Below, piece by piece: positions 57,384 to 64,000 of a stretch of 64,000 nucleotides of DNA. The position numbers and the translations under genes were made by a program. The notes under the pieces were generated by a model. That model did not search any database, was not told where the DNA came from, and worked only from the letters and a program-made list of their open reading frames with translations. Numbering within the stretch: position 1 is the stretch's first letter; each line of letters starts with the position of its first letter. The stretch spans positions 1,073 to 65,072 of the forward strand of contig WFXC01000017.1 of the NCBI GenBank assembly GCA_015490805.1, read 5' to 3'. Source of the DNA: Candidatus Kapaibacterium sp. Lineage in GTDB: Bacteria; Bacteroidota; Ignavibacteria; Kapaibacteriales; WFXC01.

Positions 57384-60300
57384 TCAGACTCCCTGCCGGT
57401 TTTGCAATCGCAGTTGCCGATGCCATCGTCGGCGCTCATAGCGTAATTTTGCAACGTGGTACACATAATACATCGACGGAACCACCACCAGGGTAAGAAA
57501 GAAAGCAAATCCCAGACCAAAAATCACCGCTGATGCCAGTGGCCGCCAGAATGCGACGGCAACTCCACCGAAGGAAATTTTTGGATCGAAGTGATCCAGA
57601 AACGATCCGAAATCAATATTCATTCCTAAAGCCAGAGGAATCAATCCCAGAATCGTGGAAGCAGCGGTCAGTAACACCGGTGTAAAGCGAATCGCCGCTC
57701 CTTCCTTGATCGCCTGCCGTGTCCGATAGCCCCGCTGGCGGAGAATTTCGACAAAATCCAGCAGGACAATGCCGTTTTTCACCACAACCCCTCCCAGAGA
57801 AACAATCCCAACACCTGTTAAAGCAATTGATATGGTCAACCCAAAGAGCATATACCCCAGGAAGACGCCGATCGTGCTAAACACCACCGTGCTCATAATA
57901 ATCAGCGGTTTGAAGACCGAGTTAAACTCGGTGACCATCACCAGAAAGATGAGAAAAATGCTGACGACAAACGCAAGGCTGAGAAAACGCTGCGATTTCT
58001 GCTGCTCCTCCTGCTCGCCCGTTAACACAATCTCATATCCCTGCGGCAAAACCATATGGTCCAATACCTGCTGAATCTGTGCCCGCACCACATTCGCATT
58101 ATAGCCCGCCGTCACTTCCGAAGACAGGGTAATCACCCGCTTTAAATCTTTGCGATTGATTCCCCCGTAGGAATTTCCGTAGCTGACGGTAGCAACAGCA
58201 GCGATAGGGATACTGCGAAATCGCCCTGTTGACATTTCCCGAAAAGTAATCGGCAGATTGAGCAATGTTCCAATGTCATACCGATATTGCTCTTTAATCC
58301 GAACCTGGATGGGATACTCATCTTCCCCATCCCGAAACTTCGCCGCTTCCGTTCCAAAAAGGGCTGTCCGCAACGTTGATCCTATTTGCCCAATACTTAA
58401 TCCTTCCCGCAGCGCCTTCTCTCGCGAAATCTGGACGTATAATTCTGGTTTATACTTCTCCAGATCTGACCGCAGCCCCTCGATACCAGGAATTTGCAAC
58501 ACGTTCTCTAAGGTATCGATCAGGCGGCGTTCTAATGCCAGAAGTGTCTGGAAATCTTCTCCACGAATTTCGATCGTAATGGGTTTGCCCACTGGTGGTC
58601 CGAAGCGTTGTTTCTCCACACTAATTTCTACCCCCGGAATCTGTGGCATTGCTTCCTGCAACTGTTTCCACAACGCAAACGTTGAAATCCCCTGCCGCTC
58701 GTGGTACTCCTTAAAAGCAATAGTGATTTTCCCCTTATGCGGCGTGACGCTTCGATCCGGACGCATCGGATCACCGGCACCAATCCCAACGTTTGCCAGC
58801 ACTGTCTGTACGGCTGGATTGTCTTTTCCCAGCACCTCATACACCCGCTGTTCTATCATACGAGTTAAGGAATCAGTCACCGCAGCATCCGTTCCCACGG
58901 GCGTTTTAATGTAGATGTACACAAAATTTGGCTCCGGGGAAGCAAAGAACTCCACCTTTGGTTTCACGATCCCTAAAAGAACAAAAGTTGCAATGAGCAA
59001 AGCAACGGTGCCACCCACAATCATATACGGTACCTTGCCCCGGATCGCTCGATCTAAGGTTCGACGATAGAGTCCCATAAAACGCGGCAACCACCGCGTC
59101 TGAAAGCGGTGGATCAGCACCGGTGACACAAACCAATGGTTTAAAGCAATCAGCCCAATAAGAATCAGCCCCAGATTCCCTCCTTGATGAAATCCGACCG
59201 CGTACAATAATCCACTGACAATTGCCAGCACTCCAATGGTAATTTTCAATCGCCGGGGATCGCGGCGGCGTCCTCGCGGCATAAAATCCACAGCGAAAAC
59301 CGGATTCATCAAAAATGCCACTATGAGCGAGGCAGTTAGCGTGAGAATCAGCACAACTGGCAGGTAACGCATAAACTTACCCGGAACGCCGGGCCAAAAC
59401 AGCAGTGGAAAAAAAGGAGCTAAGGTCGTCAGCGTACCTGCCAATACTGGCGCAAAAACCTCTCCCGCTGCCAGCCGGGCTGCATCCTTGATGGGTAATT
59501 TCTCCCTGGTGTACAGTCGATAGGTATTTTCAATCACGACGATCGCATCATCGACAATAATCCCCAGTGCCAGAAGGAAAGAAAAAGTAACGACCATATT
59601 GAAAGTGTAATCCAGTGGCGGCAAAACCAGCACCGCCATTGCAACCGACAGCGGCACTGCCAGCCCCACAAACAGAGCGTTTTGTACTCCCATAAAGAAC
59701 ATCAGCACGATGGTCACAAGAATGAATCCGATAATAACGCTGTTGTTTAAATCCTTCAAACTGGTACGGGTAAACTGTGACTGGTCATTGGTAATCACGA
59801 CCTCCAGCGCCTTCGGAAAAACGTTCTGGCGCATTTCTTCAATGATGTGCTTAATTTTATCCGCCGCATCAATAAGATTTTCCCCGCTTTTCTTAATCAC
59901 ACTGAGAGTAATGACCGGCTTCCCATTGAGCCGTGCGTAACTTTCGCGCTCCTTGAAACCATCCCGAACTTCCGCAATGTCCTTGAGAAAGACTCTACTA
60001 CCCATCGAACCACGAACTACCAGCGACTGAATATCCTCTACCGTTTCAAACTCTCCAACGATCCGCAGGGTTCGGCGCGTTCCGTCAACTTTTACATTCC
60101 CTGCGGAAATGTTCAGATTGTTGTTCCGAATCGCATTGATCACATCCCGAAAGCTCACTCCCGCTGCCTGCATCAAGAAAGGATCCAGATTCACCTGAAT
60201 TTCGCGTTCTGGAGCGCCGATAAGATCAACACGGGTGATTTCTGGTAACGCCTCAATCCGATCCTGCAACGCTTCTGCGTATTTCTTCAATCGATTCAAT

Positions 60301-60779
60301 GCGAAGTCCCCCGACACATTAACAGCCATAATAGGAATTTCAGAAAAATCGATTTCTCGAACCTCTGGATCATTTTTCAAATCATCAGGTAGATCTGATT
60401 TTGCTTTATCCACGGCGTCCTGGACGCGCCGCTTTGCAACGGCTGGATCCACATCTAACTCAAACTCCACGGTAATACTGGAGAAATCCTGCACAGAACG
60501 GCTTCGGATCGTTTTAACCCCTGTGACTGACTTCAGTTGCTTTTCAATGGGACGCGTAATCAACGTTTCCACATCCTCTGGCGAAGTACCCGGATAAATC
60601 GTATTAACCAGAATGGTTGGGATCACCACCTCCGGGAACTGTTCTTTTGGAAGCGTCAAATAGGTATAAAGCCCCAAAAGGGAAATCAACAGCGTAACCA
60701 CATACACCGAAACTTTATGATCGATCACCCAGGCGGTAGGGCGAAAAATTTTCAGCACTTCCGTTTCCTTCCGCACCAT
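57384..60779 (-). CDS. efflux RND transporter permease (AcrB/HAE1-like)
   Basis: 1131 aa. The N-terminus VIDHKVSVYVVTLLISLLGLYTYLTLPKEQFPEVVIPTILVNTIYPGTSPEDVE is typical of RND pumps. It has a 12-TM layout with two large periplasmic loops. Confidence 0.9.
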   Translation of the reverse strand: MVRKETEVLKIFRPTAWVIDHKVSVYVVTLLISLLGLYTYLTLPKEQFPEVVIPTILVNTIYPGTSPEDVETLITRPIEKQLKSVTGVKTIRSRSVQDFSSITVEFELDVDPAVAKRRVQDAVDKAKSDLPDDLKNDPEVREIDFSEIPIMAVNVSGDFALNRLKKYAEALQDRIEALPEITRVDLIGAPEREIQVNLDPFLMQAAGVSFRDVINAIRNNNLNISAGNVKVDGTRRTLRIVGEFETVEDIQSLVVRGSMGSRVFLKDIAEVRDGFKERESYARLNGKPVITLSVIKKSGENLIDAADKIKHIIEEMRQNVFPKALEVVITNDQSQFTRTSLKDLNNSVIIGFILVTIVLMFFMGVQNALFVGLAVPLSVAMAVLVLPPLDYTFNMVVTFSFLLALGIIVDDAIVVIENTYRLYTREKLPIKDAARLAAGEVFAPVLAGTLTTLAPFFPLLFWPGVPGKFMRYLPVVLILTLTASLIVAFLMNPVFAVDFMPRGRRRDPRRLKITIGVLAIVSGLLYAVGFHQGGNLGLILIGLIALNHWFVSPVLIHRFQTRWLPRFMGLYRRTLDRAIRGKVPYMIVGGTVALLIATFVLLGIVKPKVEFFASPEPNFVYIYIKTPVGTDAAVTDSLTRMIEQRVYEVLGKDNPAVQTVLANVGIGAGDPMRPDRSVTPHKGKITIAFKEYHERQGISTFALWKQLQEAMPQIPGVEISVEKQRFGPPVGKPITIEIRGEDFQTLLALERRLIDTLENVLQIPGIEGLRSDLEKYKPELYVQISREKALREGLSIGQIGSTLRTALFGTEAAKFRDGEDEYPIQVRIKEQYRYDIGTLLNLPITFREMSTGRFRSIPIAAVATVSYGNSYGGINRKDLKRVITLSSEVTAGYNANVVRAQIQQVLDHMVLPQGYEIVLTGEQEEQQKSQRFLSLAFVVSIFLIFLVMVTEFNSVFKPLIIMSTVVFSTIGVFLGYMLFGLTISIALTGVGIVSLGGVVVKNGIVLLDFVEILRQRGYRTRQAIKEGAAIRFTPVLLTAASTILGLIPLALGMNIDFGSFLDHFDPKISFGGVAVAFWRPLASAVIFGLGFAFFLTLVVVPSMYYVYHVAKLRYERRRWHRQLRLQNRQGV

Positions 60780-60790
60780 TTCCGTTCTCC

Positions 60791-61930
60791 CTATTGCACT
60801 GCGACGTAATCGCCATCTGCGATGTTCTGGATACCACTGACGATGACCCGATCCCCAGGGGCAAGACCTGAGAGAATCTCGACCTTTCCTCCGCTAATCT
60901 TCCCCGTCCGCACCAGCCGCTTTTGAGCAACCCAGTGCTCCCCTTCCGGAACAGCAACAAAAACAAACTCTGTATCTTCAAATCGCTGCACTGCCCTTAG
61001 CGGCACCACCAATGCTGAATCTTTCGCATAATCGCGCAAGGTCACCAAAGCCACCATATTGGAACGGAGGCCGGGAACGTAGGTCTCAAAAGGGAAGAAA
61101 AGCTGAATGGTGCGATCTTTGGCATTAACACTCTTCGAGATGGCTCGGAGCTTCAGTCGGAAAGTATCCTGCAAATCGGGGATCACCACCTGTGCCACCT
61201 GTCCAATCGAGAAGGCGGGTGCATATCGTTCAGCAGCGGATGCTCGAACCTGAAGATCTCCAAGTCGGACTAAACGGAAAGCAGGGCGTCCGACTAAGGC
61301 TGCTTCTCCAACTTTGATAAACACTTCATCGATCACACCATCAAACGGAGCACGAATCTTTGCCAGGTTCAATTGCGCCTGAAGCGCCTCCAACTGCTTT
61401 TCCAGTACTTCAACGCGATTCTTTGCTTCCAGATACTGAATCTCCGATCCTGCTTTGCTTTCCCATACCCGCTTTTGCTTCGCATAGACAACCTTCGCAA
61501 ATTCCAGGGAGGTTTTAACCTGCTCGATCTGGCGCCGCAATACGCTGGCATCGATAGTCGCCAGCACCTGTCCCCGGCGAACCCGCATTCCTTCAGAAAC
61601 TTTCACCTCTTCCACCACACCCGGCATCTTCGGACTCAGTAAAATGTCCTTGCGGGATTCAACTTCTCCGAAAAATGTCACAAAGTGCTCAAAACGTTGC
61701 GGACGGACTTCCCGAATCCCTACCAGCTTCGCCCGCTGCCGGCGTTGCGACCGCCCCAATTGCTGTTCCAGTTGGGCAATCTCCTGATTAATAGCATCTC
61801 GAAGCTGGTAGAGAGAATCCAGCCGGTGTGCAAGCTGTCCACCTGCCCGACTGTCCCGTCCAGATGGTGAGCTGCACATCACCAGAAGCACAGCCATAAG
61901 ACCAAGGCTGATGACCACCCAGCGTTTCAT
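60791..61930 (-). CDS. efflux RND periplasmic adaptor subunit
   Basis: The N-terminus is lipoprotein-like (MAVLLVMCSS). A coiled-coil hairpin (EIQYLEAKNRVEVLEKQLEALQAQL) is flanked by lipoyl-like halves, with beta-barrel and MP domains following. The start overlaps the tetR stop as ATGA. Confidence 0.85.
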   Translation of the reverse strand: MKRWVVISLGLMAVLLVMCSSPSGRDSRAGGQLAHRLDSLYQLRDAINQEIAQLEQQLGRSQRRQRAKLVGIREVRPQRFEHFVTFFGEVESRKDILLSPKMPGVVEEVKVSEGMRVRRGQVLATIDASVLRRQIEQVKTSLEFAKVVYAKQKRVWESKAGSEIQYLEAKNRVEVLEKQLEALQAQLNLAKIRAPFDGVIDEVFIKVGEAALVGRPAFRLVRLGDLQVRASAAERYAPAFSIGQVAQVVIPDLQDTFRLKLRAISKSVNAKDRTIQLFFPFETYVPGLRSNMVALVTLRDYAKDSALVVPLRAVQRFEDTEFVFVAVPEGEHWVAQKRLVRTGKISGGKVEILSGLAPGDRVIVSGIQNIADGDYVAVQ

Positions 61931-62613
61931 TCTTCGTACTCTTTTTGTGAAACGATCGTATCTTTTTGCTTTCTGGCAAATCCCCGCAAAAGGTTGTGAA
62001 GTAAGAACTCGACAAATTCTTCCAGCTGTGGCTGTGGTGAAAGAAACGTTGGCTTACCAAAATGCCATTGAAGAATTGCCCCGTTAATGGATACCCAGAG
62101 CGAAAGAATGGCTAAACAGGAATCCAGATCATTCCGAAAAATCCCCTGCTGTTTTCCTCGCTCCACAATTTGCATTGCAAACTCCAGGTATTCTTTCAGC
62201 AACTGATCCAGCTTCTCTACCCGCTGGCGCTCTGCTCTGGCTGCCACCTCCGCCAGATTAAAATGCGCCGCAAGGATGTATTGATCCCATTGCTCCTGAG
62301 CATACAGCAACAGTACCTTGCCGAAATGATAAATTACCTGATCAGGCGGCAAATCCTTCGGGATATGGTCCATTGCAAACTGAAAAAAGTGCTGAAAAAC
62401 GCTGTAGACCACTTCCAGGTACAAATCCTCTTTCGAGGGAAAATACAGGTAGAGCGCTGCCTTTGACAATCGGGCAGTTCGAGCAATTTCCTCCATTGTA
62501 GCCGCCCGAAATCCCTTTTTCACAAATACCTTTTTTGCAGCGCGCAGAATCTGTCGCTCTCGCTGCTGCTTTTCCTTTCGTCGCCGCTCTTCGATATAAC
62601 TTTGCTTTGCCAT
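61927..62613 (-). CDS. TetR/AcrR family transcriptional regulator
   Basis: The N-terminal HTH region reads ILRAAKKVFVKKGFRAATMEEIARTARLSKAALYLYFPSKEDLY. Confidence 0.9.
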   Translation of the reverse strand: MAKQSYIEERRRKEKQQRERQILRAAKKVFVKKGFRAATMEEIARTARLSKAALYLYFPSKEDLYLEVVYSVFQHFFQFAMDHIPKDLPPDQVIYHFGKVLLLYAQEQWDQYILAAHFNLAEVAARAERQRVEKLDQLLKEYLEFAMQIVERGKQQGIFRNDLDSCLAILSLWVSINGAILQWHFGKPTFLSPQPQLEEFVEFLLHNLLRGFARKQKDTIVSQKEYEE

Positions 62614-62627
62614 TCTTCCCTCCCCGC

Positions 62628-63974
62628 TTATTGCTTCTGCCCCAACTCTCCCATCAGTGCCCGAAGTTGCGTCTGGATCGAAATCACTTTATACGCTGCC
62701 TGAAGTTCCTGCAACTGCACCTGCCGCACGTTGCTTTCCGCATCAAAAACCTCTAATTGCGTACCTACTCCTTCCCGGTACCGCACCTGCGCAATCTGGT
62801 ATCCTTTCTGCGCCGTCTGCAGCGTCTTCTGCTGTGCCCGCCATTTGTTCAATGCAATGGTGTAACGATGAAGCAGCGAGCGTGCCTGCATCCGCAATGC
62901 ATCTTCCGTCTGCTTGACCATTGTCTCCAGCTTCTGATAATCCAGCCGTGCCTGCTGCACGCGCGCTGTACTCTGGAAACCATTAAACAAAGAAAAAGAG
63001 AGTTGGAGTCCAACGGCTGCACTCTTTGCCGTCTGGAAGGCGTTCAATCGAAACACATCGCTCTGTCCCTGGTAGGTGTATTGTCCAAACAAAAACAGCA
63101 TAGGGAGAAATTCTGACTGGTACAAATCCACCACTTTGTCCGCAATTTCCATCTGCGTCCGCATCGCCTGCAATCCATAATGGTGTTCTACCACCCGCGC
63201 CAGAACTTCAGCTTCTGGTGGAAGGTGGAAAGTCGTATCGACAGCAAAATTTCCCGACAGCTCTATGGATTTGGTTACTGGCACTCCCATTACCAATTTC
63301 AGGCGTGCCACTGCATCTTCATAGCGTTGACGGGCTTCCCGAACCTGAGGTTCTATGACATCCACTGCCACCTGCGCCCGCAAATGTTCATATTCCGAAA
63401 CCAATCCTTCTTGATACAACACCGACACCTGCCGTGCAAATTCCTGCATTCGGCGATAGCTGCTTTCCAGAACTTTTTCCATTTCTCGTGCCAGCAAAGC
63501 CTGGTAAAACGCCTGCGTAACCTCTACCGTCACATCACTCAATGTCTGTTGATACTGCTGCTCGGCTGCCTGGGCATATAGATAGGAATTCTGCACCACT
63601 GTAAAGGCTGTGGCATTAAACAATGTTTGCGTCAATTGCAGCCTTGTTACAAAAGAATGCTCAGACCCCACCGTAATGGGTCGAATTTCTCCTGTTCGAA
63701 AATCCGGAAAGAAAAAGACTGGACGTTCCACATTCCAGCTATACTGCCCGCTCAATGAAACAGAGGGCAGTGCCGTTCCAAACGCTTCTCGCACCTGCGC
63801 ATCCGCCTTTCGCAACTCCAGCCGCGCAGCGACAACCTTTGGATTATGCTTCAGCGCAAGCTGGATTGCCTGCTGTAATGTAATCTTTTCCTGCTTTCCC
63901 CATACGACACTCCAAGAGGCTAATCCCAGAAGTACATACTTCAGGAACCTGACTGTTCTTTGATTTCTGACCAT
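62628..63974 (-). CDS. TolC family outer membrane efflux protein
   Basis: 448 aa with a signal peptide. The N-terminal motif ITLQQAIQLALKHNPKV is present. The helical repeat architecture is duplicated. It is the first gene of the tolC-tetR-MFP-RND run. Confidence 0.85.
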   Translation of the reverse strand: MVRNQRTVRFLKYVLLGLASWSVVWGKQEKITLQQAIQLALKHNPKVVAARLELRKADAQVREAFGTALPSVSLSGQYSWNVERPVFFFPDFRTGEIRPITVGSEHSFVTRLQLTQTLFNATAFTVVQNSYLYAQAAEQQYQQTLSDVTVEVTQAFYQALLAREMEKVLESSYRRMQEFARQVSVLYQEGLVSEYEHLRAQVAVDVIEPQVREARQRYEDAVARLKLVMGVPVTKSIELSGNFAVDTTFHLPPEAEVLARVVEHHYGLQAMRTQMEIADKVVDLYQSEFLPMLFLFGQYTYQGQSDVFRLNAFQTAKSAAVGLQLSFSLFNGFQSTARVQQARLDYQKLETMVKQTEDALRMQARSLLHRYTIALNKWRAQQKTLQTAQKGYQIAQVRYREGVGTQLEVFDAESNVRQVQLQELQAAYKVISIQTQLRALMGELGQKQ

Positions 63975-64000
63975 TGGTTATTTGCTGACCATTGTTCATA

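Noticed and set aside
1-64000. A search for mobile elements or a defence island: transposase, integrase, reverse transcriptase, cas, restriction-modification and toxin-antitoxin pairs.
   Set aside because: None of the translated ORFs shows DDE, tyrosine or serine recombinase, RT (YxDD), Cas, methyltransferase or classic TA motifs. The only rearrangement signatures are the hairpin arrays and the orphan T9SS tail.

Overview
This is a 64-kb chromosomal segment, densely coding and mostly housekeeping. Gene content suggests an FCB-superphylum bacterium outside classical Bacteroidia. The evidence is five intact exported proteins with type IX secretion (T9SS) C-terminal sorting domains plus one orphan remnant, and a GWxTD protein, combined with clear Shine-Dalgarno sites and a System I ccm operon. 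I cannot assign the taxon from sequence alone.

Gene content by region:
- 1-11.2 kb: an HD-domain hydrolase, recN, a GWxTD protein, ruvX, a sensor kinase, ispF, xseAB and a hybrid REC-histidine kinase.
- 11.7-15.6 kb: two T9SS cargo genes.
- 16-22 kb: the run dsbD-lepA-lepB-hemW.
- 22.2-23.4 kb: a coiled-coil repeat protein with a nuclease-fold tail.
- 23.7-32.7 kb: one long minus-strand run, ccmB-ccmC-ccmD-like-ccmE-ccmF-GT4-Lon-like protease-unknown.
- 33.4-48.5 kb: LD-carboxypeptidase, an acyl-CoA carboxyltransferase, a LysE exporter, a YbbR-like protein, queA, adk, two T9SS cargo enzymes (BNR propeller and metzincin), dapD, an M16 peptidase and coaX.
- 48.6-64 kb: a further T9SS propeller protein, a heavy-metal RND locus (DUF6660-like small protein, CzcA fused to a TolC-like factor, adaptor), a small putative OM barrel, and a tolC-tetR-MFP-RND operon.

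I found no rRNA, tRNA, CRISPR array, transposase, integrase or reverse transcriptase. Many adjacent genes overlap by ATGA or TAATG.

The points most worth a second look are:
1. Near-perfect 42-bp in-frame tandem repeats build a coiled-coil stalk on a PD-(D/E)xK-like protein.
2. An (AG)13 microsatellite sits in the signal-peptide coding region of a Cys-rich T9SS cargo gene.
3. There is a stop-less CzcA::outer-membrane-factor junction with an in-frame signal-peptide restart.
4. Two inverted mosaic arrays of GC-rich hairpin modules lie at 0.9-1.4 kb and 11.3-11.7 kb.
5. A Lon-like protease is translationally coupled to an unknown 239-aa protein, next to an orphan T9SS-tail remnant.

All family calls rest on motifs I read in the translations. 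No database search was possible, and start codons were refined by eye from ATG and SD context.
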